Assembly: GCF_004010195.1 (NCBI RefSeq)
Contig: NC_057749.1
Span: 8,845,969 to 8,901,734 of the forward strand
Reading direction: 5' to 3'
DNA from: Chiloscyllium plagiosum
Taxonomy: Eukaryota
DNA length: 55,766 nucleotides
Each line of letters starts with the position of its first letter. The first letter of the stretch is position 1. Made by a program: the position numbers and the translations under genes. The notes below the pieces were generated by a model. The model was not told the DNA's origin. It saw only the letters and a program-made list of their open reading frames with translations, and made no database searches. Below, piece after piece: positions 1-12,237 of the stretch.

Positions 1-353
1 GCCCCTATTTAAACAGTGGGCCAAGGAATTTGACTCAACGTGTTAGTGACTGGATGATAGTGTCACACACTGTGTGATCTCCAGGCTGTAATCTCCACAA
101 AGCACATGAACCTTTCGCTGACATTAAAATCGAATCAATCGAAATTTCTCGAGTAGACAAGTATAAGAACACCCACTATTAATGTGACGTTAAATATTAA
201 AGGGTTACATTCCATTTTGCCCTCAAAAGGCTAATGGTTTTGGCCGACGCTGGAAGAAACACTGGAGATAAAACATTCTGTCCTATTTATCAACTCTGGG
301 GTTTTTATTACTTAAGCAATAGGTGTGGCCTTCATTCAAAAGAAGCAGTGAAT

Positions 354-639
354 CACAGAATCCCTGCAGTGCAGAGAGAGGCCATTTGGCCCATTGTGTC
401 TGCACTGATTCTCCAAAGAGCATTCCATTCAAACCCAGCACCCCCCACCCTATCCATGTAACCCTGCATTTCCCGTGGCCAATCCACCCTAAGCTGCACA
501 TCTTTGGATTATGGGAGAAAACCGGAGCACCCAGAGGAAACCCACGTAGACACCGGGAGAGTGTGCAAACTCCACACAGACAGCTGCCCGAGGGTGGAAT
601 CGAACCCAAGTTCCTGACGCCATGAAGTAGCAGTGCTAA
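354..639 (-). mobile_element. HE1-like tRNA-derived SINE
   Basis: Reverse complement of the tRNA-like head, the central gtgtggagtttgcac/ggtttcctccgggtgctcc domain, and a LINE-derived tail. Confidence 0.85.
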
Positions 640-896
640 TAGGCAGGTGGGTGAAGTGAAATGTGCCATAACGTTTGGCAAAGGTTGGGCAAAACCAGAG
701 AGAGAAAGCATGGCCCTGTTTCCTCTTGCCTTCACATCCCTCATCGCCTTTTAACACTCGACAGTTGAGCACCGACACGGTGGAGTTTGCGACTGAATCA
801 TGCCACATTCAGTGCCACATGGAGGTCATTCAGCCCATCGAGTATGAAGCCAGTTCTTATGAAGAGAAATCCAGTCAACCCTATCATCGATTCCGC

Positions 897-1075
897 TGGG
901 CGAAAGTGAGGACCACAGATGCTGAAGATTGGTGCACACTCAGCCCCATCCACCCTCCTATTTATCTCTCTACCCCCGAGGCTCCCAACCTCATTCCTGA
1001 TGAAGAGCCTATGCTGGAAAAGTTGATTCTTCTGCCTGACCTGCTGTGCTTTTCCAGCACCACACTCTCAACCTC
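897..1075. mobile_element. Penelope-like element terminal fragment with a degenerate hammerhead (ctgatgaagagcctatgctggaaa)
   Basis: aaagtgaggaccacagatgctg motif plus an inverted body matching the PLE-type repeats at 21974 and 32762. Confidence 0.65.
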
Positions 1076-1870
1076 TACCATCCCCACCCCCAACACGTCC
1101 TTTCCCTTTTTCTCTCCAAATGTTTACCCGATTTCCTTTTGAACATTAATTTGAATCTGTGTCCACCTCAATATCAATCCTCCACACACTTGTGTTTCTC
1201 CTTTGCCACCTCAAGTTCTTTTGTCAACATGGTGTTAAATCTAGAACACCTGATTATTCATTCTTTAGCCATTTGAAAACATTTCCATTTATTCTGGCTC
1301 CATCCTTCATCACTTTATGCATCAAATCACCTCCGCTTTCACAGCTCTTGGGAGAGCTATCCAAAAGTTCTTTGTAAATCCTTGTCCCTACAGTCACCCT
1401 TGCAAACATTTTCTGAGCCCTCTATAAACTTTCCACAATTTCTGGTACCATAGTTACGGTGGAGTCTATAGGTTCAGCCAAACCTCTTTATTTTTGTCCT
1501 CTTTATCCGTTTTTTTGTAAAGCCTATTTGAAAGCTCAATTTCTGAATGACCCTTTATAGCCACAACTTTGTCAGACAATTGCATGCAGCTTGGTTGTTC
1601 CTATCATGCGAGCAGCTCTGCTTCTTTGTTTCTTTTTCCCAAGGGCTCTTGCGTGTTCTCGAGGGAAGCTTTATCATTTTCTCGGGCTACCTTTTGGATT
1701 TCAGGGTACTCTTTTCAACTCTCTAACTCATTTATTAGGTGAAACTGTCTCATATGCTGTCTGTCTTTGAATTGTCATAAGGAGAATTTGGACTCCTTCA
1801 AAACAGGTTTGGCAGAATTCATCAGTATTCTCAATTATCAGCAGTCCATCAAACTCGAAGCTGCCACACA

Positions 1871-2175
1871 GACGACACAGTGACTCAGTGGTTAGCACTG
1901 CTGCCTCAACAGTGATAGTTTGATTCCAGCCTCTGGTGACTGTCTGTGTGTAGTTTGCACATTCTCCCCGTGCCTGTGTGGGTTTCCTTCGGGTGCTCCG
2001 GTTTCCTCCCACAGTCCAAAGGTGTGTAGGTTAGTGACCAGGGATGTGCAGGCTGGGTGGTTTAAGCCATGGGAATGGCAGGGATAGGAGGGTAGGTCTT
2101 GTCGGAAGGCTCTTCAGAGAGTCAATGTGGACCTAATGGGCCGAATGGCCTGCTTCCACGCTGTAGGGATGCTAT
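1871..2175 (+). mobile_element. HE1-like SINE
   Basis: Head cagtgactcagtggttagcactgctgcctca, central domain, tail ...ccacgctgtagggat. Confidence 0.85.
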
Positions 2176-2965
2176 AAACGCACTGAGAAAGCATTAGCCT
2201 CCTGGATCCCAGAGTATTCAATTGACATGAGATAACATGCATAAGTTTGCAACAAAAGTATTTTTCCAAATTAATTGACAGATAATTGGCTTCAACATGA
2301 AAAAAGAGCTACCAGCCTTAGCACACCTTCCTCGGGCTGTTGAGGTCACAGCTGATGCGTTTCCATAGCGTATGCACACAACTGGAATATTTTAACAAGG
2401 CAGTAACAAACTGTTTACTGGACCTCGGATTTAAATTTAACCATTGGCAGTATTGATTGCAATAGGATCCGTTACATTATCCCCCCCAAACAGAAGCTCC
2501 TGATCTTATCCCTCATTCAATTTCAAGGAGTTTTCTACCACAGTGATTTCAAGTTGTTCTGGCCTTCAGCTAGCTGAGTATTTAATTGTTGACAAGTTCG
2601 AAACTATTTTGTCTTCTCTTTCTATGCTCACCCAATCCCAGTCTTCTCCATCCCCTCCACATCCTCCTCCTTACCCCAACCCTGTGCGGGTTCCCATGAC
2701 GACAGGCATTGTTCAGCCTCCTTTTAGTTTTGCACGTCAACATGAAATGCTGAACACAGCTGAGGGGACCCTTGTCATGCACAAAACTGGAAGTCTGCAA
2801 ATTGCCATTTCTCTGGTCGTTTGCAAGAGATGGCGTGACTAGAGAAGTCAGCACATGTTGCATGTTACCCCCACCCCACCCACCAAGTGCCTTTCTAACA
2901 GGTGCTGGTGGACCAATTGCATGAAAAACTACAGCCGTTACCTTTGTGTAAGCACTTAGCGCAGA

Positions 2966-3416
2966 AACATAGACAATAGCTGCAGGAGTAGGCCATTGAG
3001 CCTGCACCCCCCTTCAGTATCATCAAGGCTGATCATGCAATCTTATACCCCTTTCTTGCTCTATACCCCTTGATCCGCATGGGTTACATCCAGCTCCCTC
3101 TTGGATATATCTAACAAACTGGCCCCAACAGCTTCCTGTGGGAGAGAATTCCACAGGTTCACAACTCTGAGTGAAGAAATTCTTCCTCATCTCAATCCTG
3201 AATGGCTTACCCCTTATTCTTAAGACTGTGACCCCCTAGTTCTGGACTTGGCCAACATCGGGAACATGCTTCCCACATCTAGCCTGTCCAGTCCCATCCG
3301 GATTTTATATGTTTCTATGAGATCGCACCTTATTCTTCTAAATCCCAGTGAGTACATGCAGAGTTGACCCAGTCTTTCCTCATATGTCAGTCCTGCCATC
3401 CCAGGAATTGGTCTGG
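2966..3416 (-). mobile_element. CR1-clade LINE 3' fragment
   Basis: Tail agaaacatag...gtaggccatt and gagaattccacaggttcacaac 3' ORF2 motifs in reverse orientation. Confidence 0.75.
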
Positions 3417-3467
3417 CAGTATTTCAGCAAGGAGTCAGCAGTTTCAGGAGAGAAAAGGCTCATTTGA

Positions 3468-4092
3468 TGTAGGAACAGAAGTAAGCCATTAACCCCACTG
3501 AGAAGCTCCACTATTCAGTGAAGACCTAGCTGATCTGACAATCCTCGGCTCTACTTCCCTGCTTTTTCTCTATGAACCTTGATTCCTTTAGTGATTCAAA
3601 CTCTGTCTCCGGATATCCTTAATGACTCTGCCTGGACAGTCCTCTGCAGTAAAGAATTCCACAGATATGTTACCCTCAGAAAGAAGAAAGCCCTCATTTT
3701 TGTCTTAATGTGTGACCCTTCACTCTGAGATGATGCCCTCTGGTCCCAGACTCTCCCACACCGGGAAATGACCTTTTTTGGATGTACCCTGTCAAGTCCC
3801 TTAAGAATCTTCTATGTTGTAATAAGGATGCCTCTCACTCTTCTAAATGATAAAGATTATAGGGCCAATCGACTTTACCTTTCCTCATAAGGCAGTTCCT
3901 GTATGCCTGGTATGAGCCTAGTGAATCTTCTCTGGACTGCCTCCAATGCCAATGTAGCTTTCCTTGGATAAAGGGCCCAAAACTGCTCTCACTATTCTAG
4001 CTGTGGTCTGACTACTGCCTTGTATAGTTTTAGCAAAACCTCCCTGCTTTTATACTTCATTCTCTTTGCCTTACCATTTGCCTTCCCTATTA
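3468..4092 (-). mobile_element. CR1-clade LINE 3' fragment
   Basis: Minus strand encodes KYKSREVLLKLYKAVVRPQLE, a typical CR1 RT C-terminal motif. Confidence 0.8.
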
Positions 4093-4100
4093 CAATGGCT

Positions 4101-4728
4101 GGGCAGCATGGTGGCTCAGTGGTTAGCACTGCTGTCTCACAGCGCCAGGGACCTGGGTTCGATTCTAGCCTCGGGCGACTCTCTGTGTGGAGTGTGCACA
4201 TTTTCTCCCTGTGTCTGCGTGGGTTTCCTCCGGGTGCTCCAGTTTCCTCCCACAGTCCAAAGATGTGCAGGTTAGGGTGGATTGCCCTTGCTAAATTTCC
4301 CATAGTGTCCAGGGATGTGCAGGCTAGGTGGATTGGCCATAAGAAATGCAGAATTAGATTAAATTCCCTACAGTGTGGAAACAGGCCCTTGGGCGACCCT
4401 CCAAAGAGTAACCCACCCAGACCCATTTCCCTCTGACTAATGCACCTAACACTATGAGCAATTTACTATGGCCAATTCACCTGACCTGCACATCTTTGGA
4501 CTGTGGGAGGAAACCCACACAGACACTGGGAGAATGTGCAAACTCCACACAGACAGTCATCGAGGCTGGAGTCAAACCTGAGACCTTGGTGCTGTGAGGC
4601 ACCAGTGCTAACTACTGAGCCACCGTGCCACCCCAATTACAGGGATAGGTCTAGGCGGGATGCGCTTTGGAAGGTCAGTGTGAACTCGATGGGTTGAATG
4701 ACCTTCCTTCACACTATAGTAATTCTAT
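4101..4728 (+). mobile_element. HE1-like SINE (+) interrupted by a second HE1-like SINE (-, ~4352-4634)
   Basis: + head at 4101; the + tail resumes at ~4635 after a complete inverted copy, with aatta on both sides of the insert. Confidence 0.8.
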
Positions 4729-5076
4729 TACTACCTGAACTTGGATGCTGGATGATTGGTGGGTGTGGAGTCCCAAATCCCTCTGTTCCATAGCATTCTG
4801 CAGTCTTTCTCCATTTAAATAATGCTCAGTTCCTTTTCCTGCCAAAGTGCATGACCTCATGTTTTCGAAATGTATGCCATGAATTAACTAAAATAGAGAG
4901 CACAGAAAACGCAAAGCACTGAGTTAATTGCTAAATAAGGGATGGGAGCATGAGGGCCTTCCACTGTAGCCTCAGCTATCAGTGCACATTCCAGGTCAGA
5001 GTTACCTAGGACTGTCTTCTCTATTTTTTTTTCTCTCCATCTTTACCTCTTACTCTTTCCCTTTTTTTATGTTCAG

Positions 5077-5148
5077 AATGGGAGTCTGGCTTGGAATGAC
5101 GATGCTGATGGTGGACGAGCAAGAGAGGCTGCCAAAGACTTCGCAAAG
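5077..5148 (+). CDS. ARID3B: ARID3B internal coding exon (72 nt, phase 0-0), NGSLAWNDDADGGRAREAAKDFAK
   Basis: Long polypyrimidine tract ending ttcAG at 5076; donor GTCGGA at 5149. The translation matches the remembered human ARID3B segment NGGLAWSDDADGGRGREISRDFAK immediately before LYELD, and joins in frame to the exon at 10555. Confidence 0.93.
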
Positions 5149-5399
5149 GTCGGACGTTTTCTCTTGTTTCCTTTCTCTCTGGCGGGTGGGCTGGTTCATC
5201 TCATCCCAGCATTGATTTCCGATGAGCGGAAACCCATTAAAGAGTATTTACAGCAGGCTGTTCGTCCCAACTGGTCCATGCCAGCGTCTTTATTTCACAC
5301 AAGCCCCCTCCACACCTCTTCACCTCACTCTGTCAACATGTTCCTCTCACTGTCTCATGTCTTTCCTCAAAATATATCATTGCTGTTGACCTCACCTGG

Positions 5400-6288
5400 A
5401 GGAGGCTGTGGTGTTATGGTATTATCACTTGATCAGTGATCTCTTACCCAGGCTAATGTGCTGGGGATGTGGCTTCAAATCCCTGTGATGATTCTATGCC
5501 TTTAAGAAGTGTATTTTGTCCTAGTTTTTTTCCTTGAAGAGAGGTTTTAAGACTCTGGTACTGAGTTGTCTGTTTGAATATAATAAAGTAAATAGCTTGT
5601 TTTTTTTAAGAGTTGAACAATAGAAGCAGCCTGAATGGGCGGGGTCAATCTCCCCCAGAGCCTGGGTTTTTAGTTCTCGTTTTTCACTCGCAGGCGATGG
5701 GGTCTTGAAACAGCGTTAGGAAGCCGCAGTACATCTCTCCCTGTTATTCTTCTCAGAGTTTTCTCTCAATATTTTTTCTTCCTGGACTGGAGAATTGCCT
5801 ATGGGACAATCTTTTTTCCTGAAATTGCCTTTGCCAAGGATGTGTTTATGGGATGTTACTATGCTGGAACAGCTACTGTTTAGTAATCTATTATTCTGTA
5901 TAAGTTTTCCAATAAAGTTATTCCAATTTCTTCTTTCTTTTGTTGTATTTTAATTATAGTGTAGGAATAAAGTGTGTTTTGCGTTGACTGATAGTTTGAC
6001 CAATCGAATTGCATCCACAATGCAATATCTCGTACTTGCCTTTAAAAAAGAAAGTGTTCGGGTGTAGGCTATTGTCTTCATATATTTGGAGGGGGCTGGT
6101 CTGGTCGCTAACGTACCATTTTGGCTGATCGTGAACATTGACTTGAGTAAAACCCACAATAAAAAGTTAACCTAATGGGAACCATTGTCGTTTGTTGTAA
6201 AAAAAAAACTCATTGGGTTCATTACTAAAGTCCTTCGGGGGAGAAAATCTGCCATACTTGCTGACACACCCACAGCAACATACCATCA
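5400..6288 (+). mobile_element. Second tRNA-derived SINE family (tggtattatcact...ttcaaatccc...aaatctgcc), split by the LTR at 5484-6113
   Basis: Head at 5400-5483 resumes at 6114; other copies at ~11530-11890 (-), 23310-23910 (-), 38500-38765 (-) and 47410-47790 (+). Confidence 0.6.
5484..6113 (+). mobile_element. Probable solo LTR (~630 bp)
   Basis: Starts TGTGATGA and ends ...GCTAACG (degenerate ...CA), contains AATAAA motifs, cleanly interrupts a SINE, imperfect 4-bp flank tccc/tacc. Confidence 0.55.
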
Positions 6289-6609
6289 TTGAATCCCTAC
6301 AGTATGGAAAGAAGCCATTCGGTCCATTGAGTCTGTACCAATCCGCCGAAGAGCATCCCACCCAAACCCAGACCCCAACCTGATCCCTGCATTTCCCATG
6401 GCTAACCCATCTAGCCTATACATCCCTGGACACTATGGGGCAATTTAGCATGGCCATTCCACTTAACCTGCATACCTTTGGACTGTGGGAGGAAACCCAC
6501 GCAGACATGGGGTGAATGTGCAAACTCCACACAGACAGACGCTCAAGGCTGGCATCAATTCCAGGTCCCTGGCGCTGTAAGGGAGCAGTGCTAACCACTG
6601 AGCCACCGT
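6289..6609 (-). mobile_element. HE1-like SINE
   Basis: Inverted full-length copy ending cagtgctaaccactgagccaccg. Confidence 0.85.
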
Positions 6610-7535
6610 TCTGCCTTTTGTCATGTGCTGACGTCCCCCGACAGTCTCCAGCCTTCTTTCTGCAGTAACTCACACCGATTCTTCCTCCTATTTGCCCCAT
6701 TCCCCTTCGAGTTTGTTCCCTTCTCCTCTTCCTCCAACAGTCTTTCCTGGAGTCATACAGCCCAGAAGAGGCCCTTCTGCCCCTTGAGTCTGCACCTGCA
6801 CTAATCCCACTGTCCAGCGTTTCGCCCATAGCCTTGAAGATTTTGACATTTCAAATGCTCATCGGTATGCTTTGTAAAGGTTGTAAGGTTCACCCCCCCC
6901 CTCCACAATCCCCATTCCCCAGACAGTGCAGACCTTTACCCCCACCCCCTCCATATGCTCCTATTCAGTTGAAAACTCAAGCATGACATCAACTCTGCAA
7001 TTTCTCCATAGTTTGTTTCCTTCTGGTTACAGTCTTCCCATTAGCTTTTATCTTGGTTCCCCATCTGGAGGGTTCTGTCCACTCCTGGTCAGTGATCATC
7101 TGCACCCCAAAGTTGGGTCTTTTAAAGAGCTTGGGTCAAGTTCCTTTATCCTAATCTTGACTCTGTGTTTCCTAAGCTCTGTCCATTTGCCAGCAGTTGA
7201 TGACCCCTTTGAAACACCTCTGTGTGGGAAGCGGACAAATACCAACTACAAACCCCCTCTGACCGAGTAACAAGTCATCCTCCGATCTGAACACTTGGAT
7301 CTGAAATCTGGTCAACACAGTGTTTGTATAAGTGACACCTCGCTCCATAGTTATGGGCTTTCGTAATTCTCCTTCCTGGCAGAGTTAAGCAGAACTGGAC
7401 AGTTGACTGAGAGGTTGCATCGAGTCTGCAACTTGTGTTATTACTCACTGGCCATTCTGCGTAGCATGTTTTGCCTCCTCTTCTCCCCCGCCTCGCGCCT
7501 CATCAGTCCTTATATACTTCTGGCAGTCCCTAGAG

Positions 7536-7856
7536 CAGGGTTTGGGAACCTGCGGCCTTCTAGGCCACTGTGTGTGGCCTTTTGAATGAATCCGAATTTT
7601 CCAGAGCAAATCTTTTATTTTTTATTAATATGTTTTTTTCGTCCTTTATTATTTTTATTTTAATCTTAAAATGAACGTATTTAAAATACCAGAGCGTAAA
7701 AGAAAATTCAACGAAGTAATCCTCACAAGACTGACCGCCATAATTTAAAAAATGTGAATTTTGAAGAATATATAATTGACGTTTCTTGGATGTGGCCTTA
7801 TTAGATTACAACTAACATAATGCGGCCTTCCAACATGAAAAGGTTCCCCACCTCTG
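7536..7856. mobile_element. Non-autonomous hAT (Charlie-type) DNA transposon / MITE, 321 bp
   Basis: TIRs CAGGGTTTGGGAACCT / AGGTTCCCCACCTCTG (13/16 match) and a perfect 8-bp TSD CCCTAGAG at 7528-7535 and 7857-7864. Confidence 0.9.
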
Positions 7857-8182
7857 CCCTAGAGCTTTGAAGGTCCCTTTGCCATTGAGTTAAAATCCCT
7901 GAAAGAACCTGTGGTTAAACATGGAGATGGTGTTGTGCCTCTGCTACCATATGGTTCTGGCTGACCAGGACACTCTCCCCACTCTTCCTGCTTGCCATAG
8001 GCACCTTGGGACGATGTGTAAAGACCACGGACGTGCATATCTCCCTTGATCATCAGGCCCTAGAGTGGGACTTGCATCCAGTGATTCTGGCTCAGAGATA
8101 GGGACTGGGTGCAGTTTTGGTCTCCTCATCTCGGGAAAGTATTATTGCAATTGAGCGAGTGAAACAAACATTCATCAGACCC

Positions 8183-8526
8183 GACTACGGTGGCTTAGTG
8201 GTTAGCACTGCAGCCTCACAGCGCCAGGGTTTGATTCCGGCCTTGTGCGACTGTCTGTGTGGAGTTTGCACATTCACCTCTGTGTCTGTGTGGGTTTCCT
8301 CCGGGTGCTCCGGTTTCCTCCCATAATCCAAAGATGTGCTGGTTAGGGTGGAATGGCTGCGCTAAATTGCCCAAAGTGTTCAGGGATGAGCAGACTGAGT
8401 GGATTAACCATGGGCCATGCAGGCTTTCAGGAATGGGATAGGGGTGTGGATTTGGGGTGGGATGTTCTTCAGAGGGCCGGTGTAGACTCGATGGGCTGAA
8501 CGGCCTGCTTCCACACTGTAGGGATT
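8183..8526 (+). mobile_element. HE1-like SINE
   Basis: Head ggtggcttagtggttagcactgcagcctcacagcgccaggg through tail ccacactgtagggatt. Confidence 0.85.
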
Positions 8527-8544
8527 AAATGATTATTGGTCCCG

Positions 8545-8978
8545 GAGGGGGGTAGGGCGCTGTCTGATGAAGAGAGATTGGGTAAACTGAGCCGATAGTC
8601 TCAAGAGTTTTGAAGAACGAGAAATGATCACATTGAAATTTATGAAATACCTGAAGCAGTAGATGCAAGGAAGGTGGTTTCGTGATTGGCTGATCCAGCA
8701 TCAGCAGACATCATCCAGATATGTAAGGGGGGTTGTCAGTTAGGTCCGGAATGAGGAGGAATATTTTTAGTCAAGAAGGTTTGTGAACTCTCTATCATAG
8801 AAGGCTATGGAAGCTCAGTCTTTGAGTATGTTTAAGATAGAGATTGGTAGATTTCTGATGATCAATGGCATAGGGGCTAGGTTGTTCAAAGACATTGAAG
8901 TGTTCTCTCAGCCATGGTCATATTAAATGGCGGGACAGACTTGTGGGCTGAATGGCCTGCTCCCATTCATATGTTCCT
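8545..8978 (+). mobile_element. Old CR1-clade LINE 3' fragment
   Basis: Decayed ORF2 end and tail gggctgaatggcctgctcc...atgttccta. Confidence 0.7.
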
Positions 8979-9627
8979 ACCCACTGTACTATGAGACCTC
9001 ATATTGCTCATTCTGAGTTACCACTGAGCATAAGGGTATGACAATGCGAGGATTATAAAACGGACAGTTACTCCTGGTTGGCTTAAGGGCTATTCAGAGA
9101 TGCATTGAGTGAGGTTTGAGGCTGAAGAGCCAGCTCCCTTGCCTATTGCTCATGTCTGGGGGAATGGGAAAGAGGTGAAGACGGAAGACAGAAAGCGTAA
9201 AACAGTAACCCGTGATTGGTTCAGAGAAAAACCACAAAATTGTCATGGCATTTGAAACAGGTGTTGAAAGTCGACCTTGCCTTATTTCCTGAGGAGAATG
9301 TGATCCTGGCTGTGTGACAGCCATTACTGGCTGGAACGAGAGCTCAGATTATGCTGGTGACCATCCTTTCATCTCCACCTACAATTTTCCCAAGTATTTG
9401 GTTATCGGTAACTCTTCACCCTTCCCTGCCATCCCCTAACCCTACTTCCTCACAGTTCAATTATTAAGTGCCACTCACTGGGCACCAAGACTCTGGCAGT
9501 GAGGGCATGACACATGACTGAGTAGCATCAATCTTTAACTATCTGTTATACTCATGCAATGTCCAAAAGGTCACTCTGTCCCATAATCATTCTTGGATTC
9601 ACATCAAGCCCCACCTCGGTCAGATCA

Positions 9628-10260
9628 AACATTTGGTATGCTTTCTTTTATCAATCAGAATATTAAGTACAGGAGTTGGGAGGTCATGGTGTGGCTGTAC
9701 AGGACATTGGTTAGGCCACTGTTTGAATATTGTGTGCAATTCTGGTCCCCTTCCTATCAGAAAGATGTTGTGAAACTTGAAAGGGTTCAGAAAAGATTTA
9801 CAAGGATGTTGCTAGGGTTGGAGGATTTGAGCTATAGGGAGAGGCTGAACAGGCTGGGGCTGTTTTCCCTGGAGCGTCGGAGACTGAGGGGTGACCTTTA
9901 TAGTGGTTTACAAAATTATGAGGGCTAGGATAACAGACAAAGTCTTTTCCCTGGGGTCGGGGAGTCCAGAACTAGAGGGTATAGGTTTAGGGTGAGAGGG
10001 GAAAGATATAAAAGAGACCTAAGGGGCAACTTTTTCACACAGAGGATGGTACGTGTATGGAATGAGCTGCCAGAGGAAGTGGTGGAGGCTGGTATAATTG
10101 CAACATTTAAGAGGCATTTGGATGGGTATGTGAATAGTAAGGGTTTGGAGGGGTAGGGGCCGGGTGCTGGCAGGTGGGACTAGATTGGGTTGGGATATCT
10201 GGTCAGCATGGACAGGTTGGACAGCAGGGTCTGTTTCCATGCTGTACATCTCTATGACTC
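9628..10260 (+). mobile_element. HER1/CR1 LINE 3' fragment
   Basis: Encodes YRSWEVMVWLYRTLVRPLFEYCVQFWSP...RLGLFSLERRRLRGDL (CR1 RT C-terminus); tail tctatgactc. Confidence 0.9.
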
Positions 10261-10554
10261 TTTGTTAAATTACAGGTAGCAATAATTCCTAGCCCAACTC
10301 CTTTATTCCACATTACTTCGATAGTAGATGGGATTTTAGTGTGCTCATCCAAACCACGAATGTGACCTCACTTGTGAGAATAAATTGTCGTGGAGCCAAG
10401 TGCAAAGAATGTCTGTAAATGGAAAATACAGGGAAGTTTCTTTGTGGTAGACTTGAATTATATTCTGTCTCTGAATCAGTTCAGAAAAACGGTGATAACT
10501 CGGTTCTGTTCTGGTCTCTCTTTGAATGCTTCCCTTTTCTGTGTCCTTTGACAG

Positions 10555-10627
10555 CTCTACGAACTGGACAGTGACCCCAAACGCAAGGAGTTCCTGGATG
10601 ATCTGTTTGTTTTCATGCAGAAGAGAG
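10555..10627 (+). CDS. ARID3B: ARID3B coding exon (73 nt, phase 0-1), start of the extended ARID DNA-binding domain, LYELDSDPKRKEFLDDLFVFMQKR-G
   Basis: Pyrimidine tract and gacAG acceptor at 10554; consensus donor G|GTGAGT at 10628. The peptide is the ARID3/dead-ringer signature; FVFMQKRG (rather than FSFMQKRG) plus the upstream exon point to ARID3B. Confidence 0.96.
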
Positions 10628-10889
10628 GTGAGTCTGAGCTTTGCTCCCGCCCCCCAGAAACACTGATCTTCTTGTTGTCCACCTTCATTACTAATCGCTT
10701 CTCCTACCTCGTTTCGGAAAGGCTCCTCAAACTACCCTGGGCCTTGCTGACCGCTCAACTAAATCCCAACTACACTTTGTTTTCATTCTGCATACTCTCC
10801 CCCAACCCAGATTTAAGTGGGTCTTGGATTCTACAGTCTACTCAGCATTCACAGTCTACTGAAGTGGGTGGGATTGGGATGGTATAGTA

Positions 10890-11017
10890 GGTGAAAGTGA
10901 GGACTGCAGATGCTGGAGATCAGAGTTGAAAAGTGTGGCACTGGAAAAGCACAGCAGGTCAGGCAGAGAGTCGACATTTCAACCGTGAGCTCTTCATCAG
11001 GAATGAGGATTCCTGAC
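10890..11017. mobile_element. Penelope-like element terminal fragment
   Basis: aaagtgaggactgcagatgctggagatcagag...cttcatcaggaatgagg, the same family as 21974-22164. Confidence 0.7.
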
Positions 11018-11287
11018 TGACTGCCACTAAAATCTCAATGATGGTATAGTGGTCAATTGGAGGCTAATTTCCACCCTATGGGACCAATAATGGGGCATGG
11101 ATTGCAGAGTGCCAAATAAGTTTTATGTACTGAAAATAATCTTGATAGAAAACTATCTTAATGGGTTCTAGAAGAGCAGGACGTGGGTTGTGATTCTCCC
11201 ACCCTCTTGGTGACACAGTAGATGGACACCTGGACCTTTCCCTTCAAAGAACTAGATTCAGAAGCAGCTGAAGTAGTTTTTTTTTAT

Positions 11288-11526
11288 ATAGATTAGATTA
11301 GATTCCCTACAATGTGGAAACAGGCCCTTCGGCCCAACCAGTCCACACCGAAGAATAGCCCACCCAGACCCATTTCCCTCCCACTAATGCACCTGACACT
11401 ATGGGCAATTTAGCATGGCCAATTCACCTAACCTACACATCTTTGGCGTGTGGGAGGAAACCGGAGCACCCAGAGGAAACCCACGCAGACACTGGGAGAA
11501 TGTGCAAACTCCACACAGACAGTGAC
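11288..11526 (-). mobile_element. HE1-like SINE lacking its head
   Basis: (ttaga)n tail and central domain in reverse orientation. Confidence 0.8.
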
Positions 11527-12237
11527 TTTCTTTATTCATATGTGGGATGAGGCATCTCTGGCTAGGTCAGCACTTATTGCCCATCTCTAATTACCCAGAG
11601 GGCAGTTAAGAGTCAACCCCATTGCTGTGGGTCTGGAGTCACATGTAGGCCACACCAAGTGAGGACGACAGTTTCCTTCCCTAAAGGACATTCGTGAACC
11701 AGGTGGGGTTTTTCCAACAATTGAAAGTATTTTCATGATCATTATTAGCCTTTTGATTTCAGATTTTTATTAAATTCAAATTTGAATCCACCATCGACCA
11801 TGACTGGATTCGAACCCAGGCCCTCAGAACGTTACCTGGGTCTCTGGGTTAATAGTCCAGCAATAAAAGCACTTGGCAATTGCCTCCCCTGTCAACTTGC
11901 CAGATCTAGTGTGAAATGAAATGAGTTTGTTCAATCTCCTTGCAAACATCAGCCAGCAGGATAGCCTAAAAGATGGTCTTATTCATTTCTGCCAAGGCAC
12001 CCCCTCCCCCCCACCCCGCCCCCTATATTGCCCTTACACTGTGTGGGTTGCTGGGTAATTTCAGTGTTAACCATGTTGCTTTGCGTCGAGAGTCACATGT
12101 TGGCCAGATCTGATAAAAATGGCAGACTCCCTTCCATAAAGAAGTTAGCAGAGATGGTTGTCATGGCCCCCATCAATGAGATGAGTTTTATATTCCAGAT
12201 TTATTCATTGAATTTAAATTCCACCAGCTGTCTGGAT

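Larger units (their letters stand above)
5149..10554 (+). other. ARID3B: ARID3B intron (5406 nt, GT-AG) between the two exons
   Basis: GT at 5149 and AG at 10553-10554; splicing gives the in-frame join DFAK|LYELD. Confidence 0.9.

Noticed and set aside
10615..10887. 90-aa ORF starting MQKRGES
   Set aside because: Read-through from the exon past a consensus donor into the intron; no similarity to the ARID continuation.
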